Positions 17,783 through 26,795 of a stretch of 64,000 nt of DNA are shown piece by piece. The notes beneath the pieces were generated by a model, which was not told the origin of the DNA, did not search any database, and saw only the letters and a program-made list of their open reading frames with translations. The first letter of the stretch is position 1, and each line of letters starts with the position of its first letter. The DNA is from Victivallales bacterium (GTDB lineage Bacteria; Verrucomicrobiota; Lentisphaeria; Victivallales; JAUVCU01), in the NCBI GenBank assembly GCA_029934175.1, contig JAOZMT010000001.1, positions 19,286 to 83,285 of the forward strand, written 5' to 3'. The position numbers and the translations under genes were made by a program.

Positions 17783-19411
17783 ATGGCAACTAGAAGGAAT
17801 ATAACAGCATATTTGTGTCCAGAACCTTGGAAACCAACAGGAATATGTTCTTATGGTAGATGCCAAGAAAGTACAAGTTCGGAAAGAGTCCTAGACAACC
17901 AAAGAAAATTAAAACAGATAAATCTTCAAAGTTATCTGATTGGTGAAGGTTACAATATTGGAAATAGATTTGATGCTTATTTATTGCCTTCTGATAAGGA
18001 TGTAGTTGATTGTTTATTTTGTATTCCAGCTTGTGATGAAATAAGGCAGGGCGAAGGCGATATAGAAAATTTCTCACATCAGATTTTAAATTCTTTTAAT
18101 AATCTTCGTAAAACACATCCTGAAGAATGTATACAGCCGTGTTTTGAATTAGTTTTAGATTCAAATGCTTGTTCAGCTGCTCAATGGTTTTGCAATGATA
18201 TGATAATAAAAAATTATTGTTGTCCAAAGAATGGTATTGACAGTTTGGGAAGAACACCGAAAGTAAGATTGCAAAATTATGGTTGTAGAGTTATCAATAA
18301 TTATGAAATAGTTGATTACATAGAATATAGTGAACAGGATGTTTCAATTGAACAAGTAGCAAATGATTTTATAACTAATTGGTCAAATACTCCTTCAATA
18401 AGAAAACAAATAATGTATTCGCATTATAATGCAATAGGTGTTGGATTACAAAAAGAAACGCATGTAATAAATTATAAACCAGTATTTAAATACATTGCTG
18501 TAATAGATTTAATCTATTTACATCCAAATGATAGACAATTATATGATGTGCCATTGCCAACATTAGAATGTGCAACAGAGTGTTTGCAGAAGATTCATTG
18601 GTATCAAAAATCATATACAGTAGAAAATGTTGAACGTCCTTTGCCATATATAGTTTGTGAAGTTCCGATTCCAAGGAACTGTGCAATTGAAAAGATGGAA
18701 TTTAGATTTGAAGAATCACCTTGCTATGCAGTATTTAAACCAGATTTGACTAAAATTCCAGATGAAAGAAAAACTATACCATCCAATAATTCTTTGCGTT
18801 TTGTTTGGGAAAAAGAAAAAGCAGATCCATTGGTTGATATGGGAATTATGAATGAGGGTAAGACTTGGTTTATTGTGTGGGCATTGAAAAATAGTGCTTG
18901 TTTAATACCAGGTGAATATATGATAGTTTATGTATGGTTAAAAGGATTTGAAAGTCAATGCAATCCTTTCATTTGGGCAATTAATTGGTTTGAAACACCC
19001 TGCTGGACTTCTGGAATAGTGCAAGGTTGTGGTTTATTAGATGAAGAAGGAAATGTTATAGAAGGTGGATTAGGGCATTCATTTCATAGTGATTGGGTGG
19101 GCGATGAAAGATTAAGATGGTTAATATCATATAAAGGACAAAAAGAATTGTATTGGTTGAAATGCTCTGATTTTGCAGAATATAAAATTGGTGATAGAGT
19201 GTTCATACAAAAGCAAGGGCTTTCTAAAGTTTTAAATTACGATGGAACTGAAGCAGAGCCTGATCCAGCTTGTCGTTGGCCTTATCCATGGCATAACGAA
19301 TTTCCAATGAACCAAAAGGATGGTAGTCCACCCATATTGAGTGATTCTAATGTTTCATATACGCTTGATCCATCAAATGATATAATAGTTCCACAGAAAT
19401 TTTATGCATAG
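17783..19411 (+). CDS. Cys-rich tail protein with a CAP/SCP (PR-1)-like domain
   Basis: 542 aa with many Cys residues. The central block ..FNNLRKTHP..L..D...C.AAQW....M......H.. ..ITNWSNTPSIRKQIMYSHYNAIGVG resembles the CAP-domain tail motif W..S.gH..ni....y...GvG. Confidence 0.5.
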   Translation: MATRRNITAYLCPEPWKPTGICSYGRCQESTSSERVLDNQRKLKQINLQSYLIGEGYNIGNRFDAYLLPSDKDVVDCLFCIPACDEIRQGEGDIENFSHQILNSFNNLRKTHPEECIQPCFELVLDSNACSAAQWFCNDMIIKNYCCPKNGIDSLGRTPKVRLQNYGCRVINNYEIVDYIEYSEQDVSIEQVANDFITNWSNTPSIRKQIMYSHYNAIGVGLQKETHVINYKPVFKYIAVIDLIYLHPNDRQLYDVPLPTLECATECLQKIHWYQKSYTVENVERPLPYIVCEVPIPRNCAIEKMEFRFEESPCYAVFKPDLTKIPDERKTIPSNNSLRFVWEKEKADPLVDMGIMNEGKTWFIVWALKNSACLIPGEYMIVYVWLKGFESQCNPFIWAINWFETPCWTSGIVQGCGLLDEEGNVIEGGLGHSFHSDWVGDERLRWLISYKGQKELYWLKCSDFAEYKIGDRVFIQKQGLSKVLNYDGTEAEPDPACRWPYPWHNEFPMNQKDGSPPILSDSNVSYTLDPSNDIIVPQKFYA

Positions 19412-19421
19412 GTGAAGATTT

Positions 19422-21614
19422 ATGCCAAGACTTGAAGCAGAAGATGCAACATATCCAGTAATGAGACATGATTTTAAATGGGCTAGAATTACAAAAATTG
19501 ATTATAGTTTAGATATATGCGATATAGTAATTTTAGATAAAAATAAAAATGAAACTAATGAAAAGTATAGTAATGTGCCTATTTTTTATCATTGCGAACC
19601 AAATGCTAAACGAAATGCTAATGGTTCATTGGAAAATGCTTCATTTGCATTTGAATTAAATGATGATGTTTTGGTAAGGTTTGAAGATGATCAGCCAATT
19701 GTAGTTGCAAGATTAGATGGATTAAAACCTTGTTTAAAAGGATTTTTATTTCTCCATGGATTCGATTATGATAAAGTGATTTTCTCCGAAGTGGAAGGTG
19801 AATTTATTGAAGGTGAATCTACTACTTGTAGTGATGGTGGCGAAGGTATAGTTGCAAAATATGAACCAGATAAAAAACTATTATATCATGATGCTAGAAA
19901 GTGTTGGTCAGGAACGATTACAGGAAATTCATCTGGCGCAATAGGTACTATTGCAAGTTGCGAATATCCACATTATATATGGCATCCTGAAGAAGTGCCT
20001 AGTTATACCGAATATACTAAAAAAACAGAACCTAGATTTCCAGTAGAAGAAATTTGTGCACATGGTTGTGGTTCGCATTTCGGCGGTTGCGGGAGAAGTT
20101 GGTCAAAGACTTATGAGGGTGTTACTTTAACAGCTTTCTTATGGGACCCTGGTACAGGAGTTCCTGTATGGTCTGTAGCAGCAACACGTGGGAATAAACA
20201 ATTATTATTCAAACATGGCAATATGGAATACACTTTTTATCATCCAAATGGTTCGCCTAGGTATAAATGGGAAACAGATACGGATTTGAGAACTTGTCAT
20301 ATTGGATTTGATATTTGGGAAGAAAACGGTCATATCATGGTTGGAATAGCCAATGATGACGGTGGCGTTTTCATATTTAAATTAAATGGCGAATATTTAG
20401 AAATGCAAAATACGCCATTTTCACATTTTAAAAGTTGGTGGGCTGAAAATAAATGTAAGAGAACACCACAATGGTATTGTTATGATGTAGCAGAAAAACA
20501 TTTCAGATTAATAGGATATGATGGCCCAAAATATAAATTATATTGGTGTTGGTTTGGACAAAATACTTATTATGAGGAATATGTAAAGACGGGTGAAATT
20601 ATTGAGAGAAAATTAGGAAATTGGCCCACAGATAATGATGGTATGATTTTGGATGCGATTTGGCATCCATTAGAAAGAGAAGTTTATTGGTATTATAAGA
20701 CAGGTCAGAAATATGATGACCAAGGTGTTCAGATTTATCGTGATGAGCCAGCAAGAGGTTATGTATATCATACTAATGCACTTACAATAATTCATTATAG
20801 ATGGACTGAAGGTGGTAGTTTTGAACCCGTTAATCCTTGGCCATGTCTTTGTTTATGGGGACCAGAATCATATCCAGTTTCAACGCCTTGGGGTATTTTG
20901 ACTGCATATTGCATAGGTGTTACTAGTCAAGGCGGTTGCTGGGGCTATGGTGGTCGAACGGAAAAGAAATATCATGCTGGACATAAAACTATTATATATC
21001 ATGGTAAGTGCACAATAGGAAATTCACATTATGATTTAGGTCAAAGTGAATATTATGATAATTGTCTTACAATAAGTGCAAAATGTTGGGCAGGAAGCAG
21101 ACCAAATCCGAGTCAATATGAAGGTGAAAATTCTATAGGATGTCATGAGATAACTTGTGGGCCATGCCAAGGGGACCCTAAGACTTGTTATATTTATGGA
21201 ATAACAAGTTATGCTTCATATGGCGCAAAACCTGAATGTATTTCAACTTCGCAAAAGGATATTTATTTATCTTATTGGCAATTCAATCAAGAAGGTGGAA
21301 TTTCAGCGGTGTATGTTAGGATTCCATATAAGGTTGAAGAAGATGAAAAAGGAAATAAGCAATGTGTTAGAGATGATGAAAATGCTACTGAACATGTAAT
21401 AGGTAGTAAAGTGATAGCAGAAACAAATGCAGGTGATCAATTTCCTTGGGATGATGGTTGGGAAGCTATTCTATTAAAAGGAACTACTGAATCTGGAATT
21501 GTTAAAAATCATGTAGCATATAGGATTAAAGATAAAGATGAATTTTTAATTAAGCCGAGTGGCAAGAGATTTTCAGGTATTAGAGCATTTTACCAAAAGT
21601 TAACGCCCGCATAA
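19422..21614 (+). CDS. Trp/Cys/Gly-rich tail tip protein, N-terminus spike-OB-like
   Basis: 730-aa ORF with an AGGTGA RBS. The N-terminal ~110 aa (ARITKIDYS.DICDIVI....YSNVPIFYHC....FELNDDVLVRFEDDQPIVVARLDG) resembles gpV/gp5 OB spikes. The rest is unassigned. Confidence 0.6.
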   Translation: MPRLEAEDATYPVMRHDFKWARITKIDYSLDICDIVILDKNKNETNEKYSNVPIFYHCEPNAKRNANGSLENASFAFELNDDVLVRFEDDQPIVVARLDGLKPCLKGFLFLHGFDYDKVIFSEVEGEFIEGESTTCSDGGEGIVAKYEPDKKLLYHDARKCWSGTITGNSSGAIGTIASCEYPHYIWHPEEVPSYTEYTKKTEPRFPVEEICAHGCGSHFGGCGRSWSKTYEGVTLTAFLWDPGTGVPVWSVAATRGNKQLLFKHGNMEYTFYHPNGSPRYKWETDTDLRTCHIGFDIWEENGHIMVGIANDDGGVFIFKLNGEYLEMQNTPFSHFKSWWAENKCKRTPQWYCYDVAEKHFRLIGYDGPKYKLYWCWFGQNTYYEEYVKTGEIIERKLGNWPTDNDGMILDAIWHPLEREVYWYYKTGQKYDDQGVQIYRDEPARGYVYHTNALTIIHYRWTEGGSFEPVNPWPCLCLWGPESYPVSTPWGILTAYCIGVTSQGGCWGYGGRTEKKYHAGHKTIIYHGKCTIGNSHYDLGQSEYYDNCLTISAKCWAGSRPNPSQYEGENSIGCHEITCGPCQGDPKTCYIYGITSYASYGAKPECISTSQKDIYLSYWQFNQEGGISAVYVRIPYKVEEDEKGNKQCVRDDENATEHVIGSKVIAETNAGDQFPWDDGWEAILLKGTTESGIVKNHVAYRIKDKDEFLIKPSGKRFSGIRAFYQKLTPA

Positions 21615-22085
21615 AATTTTTAAATCTTTCGGCATTTTCGGATAAAATTTCAATAATGCCAATTGTCTTTTATGATTTAATATAAACTTACTACTGGAAT
21701 GGAATCCTATTTTTAACCAAGTATTGTTCTTGATTAAAGCATTGGTAATTTGTATCAAACCATATTGCATTGCCAAACTATCTAATAATCGCAAATACAT
21801 TAAGTAATTTTCTTCATCTATTTCACACTTAATACCCAATTCAATTTTATACCTAGCATTGGGATAAACAACTATTTTGTTTATATTCAAAGATTCATCG
21901 CTACTAGTTCTAAATTCAGGTAACAATCTTTTTTGCACTTCATCCATATCTGTTGTGATATTAACAGTGGTGTGATCTTTCCATACTTCAATTTCACTAT
22001 TCTTAATGGAAGCATAACAGATTAATTCTTTATCACTTATTTTTTTAGGCGTTAATTCCTCGCTTCTAACAATGATTTTGTTCAT
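21600..22085 (-). CDS. hypothetical protein (very weak dUTPase/dCTP-deaminase-like beta-barrel resemblance)
   Basis: The start was moved to the ATG at 22085, which overlaps the upstream stop (ATGA). The 3' end overlaps the end of the convergent gene 19422-21614 by 15 nt. Confidence 0.6.
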   Translation of the reverse strand: MNKIIVRSEELTPKKISDKELICYASIKNSEIEVWKDHTTVNITTDMDEVQKRLLPEFRTSSDESLNINKIVVYPNARYKIELGIKCEIDEENYLMYLRLLDSLAMQYGLIQITNALIKNNTWLKIGFHSSSKFILNHKRQLALLKFYPKMPKDLKILCGR

Positions 22086-22648
22086 AGAATGCCACCCCAA
22101 TTTCTGGAAATTTCAATAATCTTATATGCCATTTGTTTTGCAATTTCTGTATTAACATTTCTTTTTCCTTCTTCAGTTTCCATTTCTGGTATATAAACTT
22201 CTTCAAATGGAAGATGAAATTCATCTAGATATTTCTTTATATAGTAAACAATTTCCGCATCTTCTTTTTTATTTCTAATTAAAAATGTGTAAATATCATA
22301 TTTGACTATGTTATATTTTACTTTATTATAAATTAAATTAAAATATTTTTTTTCTAAAGTTATCTTGCTATATGCTAAGGAATCAATGAATGTTCTATCT
22401 GTAATAATTGAATAATTTTTCCAAATGTCAAATTTAAAATATTCCATTTCATTAATTAACCATTCCCATCTAAAAGTCATTTCTTGATTGGAATATAATA
22501 AAGTTTTAGCATCTTTTTGCAAAATATCTAAAAATGATCTGGCTACTTCAGGAAGGAAAATGAAGTCTTTCAATAAATCATTTTCTTTTAATAAGTTGAA
22601 CAATGTAGTCTTTCCAACATTATGACTGCCAGATAATGAAAAAATCAT
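22082..22648 (-). CDS. P-loop NTPase, AAA_28/NadR-kinase-like
   Basis: N-terminal Walker A GSHNVGKTT. The downstream PEVAR and ITDRTF..SLAY pattern is typical of small nucleotide/nucleoside kinase-like ATPases. AGGTGA RBS. Confidence 0.6.
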   Translation of the reverse strand: MIFSLSGSHNVGKTTLFNLLKENDLLKDFIFLPEVARSFLDILQKDAKTLLYSNQEMTFRWEWLINEMEYFKFDIWKNYSIITDRTFIDSLAYSKITLEKKYFNLIYNKVKYNIVKYDIYTFLIRNKKEDAEIVYYIKKYLDEFHLPFEEVYIPEMETEEGKRNVNTEIAKQMAYKIIEISRNWGGIL

Positions 22649-22727
22649 TTTGCTTCACCTATTTTAGATAGGATTTCACATAATTTTTTTAAGCAAGTTT
22701 TGAAAGATTTATCAACTATTATTGGAT

Positions 22728-22868
22728 CTACATAATCCAAGGTTTTTCTGCATAATTCCATTCTAAAAACAATAATGAATATTTATTATTGTTTTCAACT
22801 ATTTCAAATAACTTTTTATTTTTACAATCTCTTGTAATTAAAATTACATTTCCTAATTCATTTTTCAT
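22728..22868 (-). CDS. hypothetical small protein
   Basis: The start was moved to the ATG at 22868 (AGGAA RBS 7 nt upstream), just after the upstream stop at 22879. Confidence 0.45.
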   Translation of the reverse strand: MKNELGNVILITRDCKNKKLFEIVENNNKYSLLFLEWNYAEKPWIM

Positions 22869-22878
22869 TGTTTTTTCC

Positions 22879-23070
22879 TTAGATATTAATATCATTTTTA
22901 CAATGAGATAAAAGAATCTTTGCAAACAATGCTCTCATTCTAATCACTTTATCATTTGAACGAACAGCTTGCCTAATACATTCTTCTGGAGATAAATTGT
23001 GTTCTTTACAATACTGTTTCAATAAATTCTTATGAAATATAGGAAATTTAATTTTTTGGATATAACTCAT
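22879..23070 (-). CDS. ribbon-helix-helix (CopG/Arc-like) DNA-binding protein
   Basis: The N-terminal strand-helix-helix pattern IKFPIFHKNLLKQYCKEHNLSPEECIRQAV fits the fold. The call comes from sequence pattern only. Confidence 0.45.
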   Translation of the reverse strand: MSYIQKIKFPIFHKNLLKQYCKEHNLSPEECIRQAVRSNDKVIRMRALFAKILLSHCKNDINI

Positions 23071-23309
23071 TTTAACCTCCCTTCTTTATAACCTTTAAAT
23101 ATATCAATCAATATTCCATTGGCTATTAATTTTTCTCTAAAATGATTAAAAAATTTTTTAATTTCTTTTTCAGAACTACTTTGGTAAATACAAATTTCTT
23201 TCTTATTCGATATAAATACTAATCTAAAATCATCACACCATCTTTTGATACAAATAATATTTCCATTTGCCAAATTTAATAAATTTCCATTTTGGCAGAT
23301 AATCCACAT
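23067..23309 (-). CDS. hypothetical protein
   Basis: 80-aa ORF, co-directional, with a 4-nt overlap with the downstream neighbour. Confidence 0.55.
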   Translation of the reverse strand: MWIICQNGNLLNLANGNIICIKRWCDDFRLVFISNKKEICIYQSSSEKEIKKFFNHFREKLIANGILIDIFKGYKEGRLK

Positions 23310-23311
23310 AG

Positions 23312-23773
23312 CTAAACTCCTTTGTAATTTTTGTAATTTTCTAATGCTTGTTTCAAATATTGCTTCATAACATTATCATCTAAATAACCATCAAATTCCG
23401 TACCAATTTTCTTTTCAAGTATCACTTCACCAGCTACTGCGTTCCAAATATCATTTGTTTCTCCGTGTGATATTCTAATACTCAATTTTCCCCATCTATA
23501 ACGTACATAGACCATTTTACCATTTGTTAATTTAATTTCCCATTGACTGGGACAGCATTCACATGTTCTTTTGATATACTGTATTTCCAAATCAGAACCA
23601 GAATCATAAATTTCCTTTAAAGATTTTTTTTCAATACCTTCAATGTAGTCTAAGGCAAATTTAACTCCATCAATGAATGACCTATTCCAAATGTGCTTTT
23701 CATCTTCCAATTCTTTGCATTCTTTTTTCAATTTTATAAATCTTTTCATTATTACAAAGAAGTCTATCTTCAT
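23312..23773 (-). CDS. hypothetical protein
   Basis: 153-aa ORF with AGGAG 7 nt upstream of the ATG. Confidence 0.65.
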   Translation of the reverse strand: MKIDFFVIMKRFIKLKKECKELEDEKHIWNRSFIDGVKFALDYIEGIEKKSLKEIYDSGSDLEIQYIKRTCECCPSQWEIKLTNGKMVYVRYRWGKLSIRISHGETNDIWNAVAGEVILEKKIGTEFDGYLDDNVMKQYLKQALENYKNYKGV

Positions 23774-23840
23774 TTTTAAACTCCTTAATTTAATTTATCT
23801 ATTATGTAAATTAATACAATTAAATATAAGATGCCAAATA

Positions 23841-24062
23841 TTATGGTTTCCATTTTCTAGTAAGTTCAGCTAATTTTATAATTTGCTCATCAGTCAAAGG
23901 AAAATTGAATATATTTACTTTTCCAGAGATAGTGGCAATTTTTTCTCCATTTAAATAAATTTTTGCATTATCTTTATCATATATTACATTGATAACAATA
24001 TTTTTATTTGTATTATTGAGAAGCTCCCCTATTAACCATTCAACAATTTGTTTTTTTAACAT
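23841..24062 (-). CDS. hypothetical protein
   Basis: The start was moved to the ATG at 24062 (AGGAG RBS, MLKKQIVEW...). The track start at 24140 lies inside the upstream gene. Confidence 0.55.
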   Translation of the reverse strand: MLKKQIVEWLIGELLNNTNKNIVINVIYDKDNAKIYLNGEKIATISGKVNIFNFPLTDEQIIKLAELTRKWKP

Positions 24063-24270
24063 TATTATTCTCCTTAATTTCTTTTTTTTCTGGAAATAAC
24101 CCCCAATAAAATCGACCCCAGTAATTGTCCAATACATCAAAAATCTCTATAGGAACTTCACAATTTTCAAAAGAATTGGTTTCTTCGTTATACTGACCTA
24201 ATTTAATACCAAGCTTTTCTAAAAACTCCTTATCTTTATAATCAGCTATTATCCATCCTTTATATTTCAT
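24040..24270 (-). CDS. hypothetical protein
   Basis: 76-aa ORF immediately downstream of lon. Confidence 0.55.
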   Translation of the reverse strand: MKYKGWIIADYKDKEFLEKLGIKLGQYNEETNSFENCEVPIEIFDVLDNYWGRFYWGLFPEKKEIKENNNVKKTNC

Positions 24271-24278
24271 TTTTTCTC

Positions 24279-26501
24279 CTATTTTTCAAAACAAAATTCA
24301 AAAACTTCTTCTATGCTTTTAACAAATTTGATATTGATTTTAGATTTTGTTTCTTCATCTATATCTGCTAAGTCAAATTTATTTCCAACTGGAATTAAGA
24401 CATTTTTAATTCCTTCTCTAACAGCAGCAGTTATCTTTTCCTGTAATCCGCCAATTGGCAATACCTTTCCAGTTAAGCTCAATTCACCTGTCATTGCGAT
24501 GTCTTCCTTAACTTTTTGTTGTTTAACTGCCGATAATACAGCAGTTGCAATAGCAATTCCAGCAGAAGGCCCATCTTTTGGAACAGCTCCTGGTATAGCA
24601 TGGATGTAAATGTCAACATCATTTGGCCAATCTTTATATAATCTTTTAACATTAGCGATAGCAATATTTACACTTTCCTTGATAACATCCTTCAAATTAC
24701 CACTTATGTGAATTTTTTGTTTTTCTTCTTCTTTTGGAACTAATGTCACTTCAATGGGTAATATACTACCGCCTGTTCCAGATACTGCTAGGCCGTTTAC
24801 GATGCCAATTCCTTCTAATTTATATTTATAGATTGGTTTTTGTAAATAATATTTCACATCATCTTTCGTTATTATTTCCTTTTTAATTCCTTTTTCAAAA
24901 TAGTCTTTTAATGCTTTTCTCAAAATAGTTCTAATTTTTTCATCTAATTTTCTAACGCCAGCTTCATTGGTATATTCTTTGATAACTTTAATAATAGCTT
25001 CATCTTCAAATCTAATATCAAATAACTTATCAATTCCAACTTCTTTCTTCTCTTTTGGAATTATATAATCTTTTGCAATATATAATTTTTCAATATCTGT
25101 ATAGCCATTTAATTCTATAACTTCCAATCTATCTAATAGGATTGGATTAACATTTTCAATATAATTACCTGTTAAAATAAATAATACTTTACTTAAATCA
25201 AATGGTACTTCTAACCAATGATCTCTAAATTCACGATTTACAGCAGGATCAAGAATTTCCAAAAGAGCAGCTTGTGGATCGCCATGTATTGAATATCGTC
25301 CGACTTTATCTATCTCATCTAATATTATTACAGGATTTTTAGATTTAGCCAAATGAATTCTTTGCATAATTACGCCTGCGCTAGAACCAACGTAGGTTCT
25401 GCGAAAACCTTTTAGAAAATGTGGATCAGAAACTCCACCCAATGATATTTGAATGCATTTTCTTCCTAGTGCTTTTGCAATTGATTGCGCCAAAGTAGTT
25501 TTTCCACATCCCATTGGGCCTATAAAAGTTAAAATATTAGATTTTGGCCCTTTTACTTTCCAAACAGCTAAATATTCTAAAATTCTTTCTTTTGCTTTTT
25601 CCATTCCATAATGTGTTTTATTTAAATGTTCTTTAATTGAATTTAAATCTAAATTATCTTCTGTATAAGTATTCCAAGGCAATTCAAGAACAAAATTAAT
25701 ATAATCTTCAATATTGCCAGCTTCAGGTGAATTTTCATTTATGGCAGTTAATCTTTCAATTTCCCTATCAAGTTTATCTTTAACTTCTTTTGGAAGTATG
25801 TTTTGTTTTTCTTTGATTTTTTTCTTTAATTCTTCTACTCTCTTTTCAATACCAAGCTCCTTTTTTATAACTTCCATTTGTGCATGAAGAAAGTTTTTCT
25901 TTCCCCATTCTTCCAATTTCTTTTGTGTTTTCATTTGAAGTTCTTTTTTCCATTCAATTGCCTTATTTTCTTTTAAAATATAAAATAATAATTTTTCAAC
26001 TTTAATCTTTATGCTCCTTTCAAATAGAATTTCCTTTCTTGCTTCCATATCTGGGAGATATCCAGTTAATAGATGGATTCTATCCAAGAATGTATATTTT
26101 CCATCAGAGATAATATCAGGATTGATTCTAATGATATTAGCGATTTTATTGATATAATCTTGTTGTTCTAATAGCATTAAATTATATGCCTTTTCTTCTT
26201 CTTCATTTATATCCCAATTGAGTTCAAATTCATAAATAAAACCATCTTCTTTAATTTCAGCAACATATCTCACAACTAGAAATAAGTTAATAAATTCATC
26301 TATTGTTAAAAATTCAGAAATAACACCTTTGTTTTCTTCATATTCAAGAAAAATTTTAAATTGCTTTTCCTTTCCAAAAAAATCAATTAATTTATTTTCA
26401 CCTTTGATTCTAGTTGTTTGGAAAGGACAAGCAATAATTGTAGAAGGAATGACTGGCACTTCAATGACTTTGTCTTTATCTTTTAATTTTGCTACTTTCA
26501 T
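24279..26501 (-). CDS. lon: ATP-dependent Lon protease (LonA type, full length)
   Basis: Walker A GPMGCGKTT and Walker B VIILDEIDK. Catalytic Ser motif PKDGPSAGIA and Lys motif PIGGLQEKITAA. LonA-like N-domain with the MEVIKKELG helix. AGGAG RBS. Confidence 0.92.
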   Translation of the reverse strand: MKVAKLKDKDKVIEVPVIPSTIIACPFQTTRIKGENKLIDFFGKEKQFKIFLEYEENKGVISEFLTIDEFINLFLVVRYVAEIKEDGFIYEFELNWDINEEEEKAYNLMLLEQQDYINKIANIIRINPDIISDGKYTFLDRIHLLTGYLPDMEARKEILFERSIKIKVEKLLFYILKENKAIEWKKELQMKTQKKLEEWGKKNFLHAQMEVIKKELGIEKRVEELKKKIKEKQNILPKEVKDKLDREIERLTAINENSPEAGNIEDYINFVLELPWNTYTEDNLDLNSIKEHLNKTHYGMEKAKERILEYLAVWKVKGPKSNILTFIGPMGCGKTTLAQSIAKALGRKCIQISLGGVSDPHFLKGFRRTYVGSSAGVIMQRIHLAKSKNPVIILDEIDKVGRYSIHGDPQAALLEILDPAVNREFRDHWLEVPFDLSKVLFILTGNYIENVNPILLDRLEVIELNGYTDIEKLYIAKDYIIPKEKKEVGIDKLFDIRFEDEAIIKVIKEYTNEAGVRKLDEKIRTILRKALKDYFEKGIKKEIITKDDVKYYLQKPIYKYKLEGIGIVNGLAVSGTGGSILPIEVTLVPKEEEKQKIHISGNLKDVIKESVNIAIANVKRLYKDWPNDVDIYIHAIPGAVPKDGPSAGIAIATAVLSAVKQQKVKEDIAMTGELSLTGKVLPIGGLQEKITAAVREGIKNVLIPVGNKFDLADIDEETKSKINIKFVKSIEEVFEFCFEK

Positions 26502-26541
26502 AAATCTTCTCCTATGAGAAATTTTTGAAAAATAAAAATTT

Positions 26542-26715
26542 TTACCATACTATTGATATTGATTCAAGAACCACTTTTTTGCCACACCATTGGCATTTGT
26601 ATGGAGGTTTATCTATATAGATATTTTTTCCTGTCCATTGTTCGCAATATGGGCAATAAACATTTCCATTGATGCTTATATTTGGCTGCCAATAGACTTT
26701 TTTTATGTTTTTCAT
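26542..26715 (-). CDS. zinc-ribbon protein (57 aa)
   Basis: The start was moved to the ATG at 26715 (GGAGG RBS). Two CxxC pairs are present (CPYC .. CQWC). Confidence 0.6.
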   Translation of the reverse strand: MKNIKKVYWQPNISINGNVYCPYCEQWTGKNIYIDKPPYKCQWCGKKVVLESISIVW

Positions 26716-26752
26716 ATTATACCTCCTATGAAATTTTTTATGCTTTATAAAA

Positions 26753-26780
26753 ATATAACAATTTTTCACACAAAAGTCAA
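26753..26780 (-). promoter_or_regulatory. sigma70-type promoter TTGACT-N17-TATATT with TGT extended -10
   Basis: Read on the - strand, in the gap between SNF2 and the zinc-ribbon/lon genes. Confidence 0.55.
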
Positions 26781-26795
26781 TAGGAATTCTCTAAA

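Noticed and set aside
181-18686. Antisense track ORFs inside the tail module (181-567, 1994-2179, 2214-2456, 5005-5223, 5879-6169, 8888-9109, 11568-11780, 13339-13563, 15442-15666, 16907-17152, 17790-18077, 18486-18686).
   Set aside because: Each lies wholly or mostly inside a much longer, well-supported + strand gene. None has an RBS, and their composition is low-complexity (Ile/Leu/Phe/Ser/Asn-rich). They are typical shadow ORFs of AT-rich DNA.
3884-21399. Same-strand alternative-frame track ORFs (3884-4096, 6562-6828, 21211-21399).
   Set aside because: They are embedded out of frame in long genes whose frames carry recognisable domains. None has an RBS.
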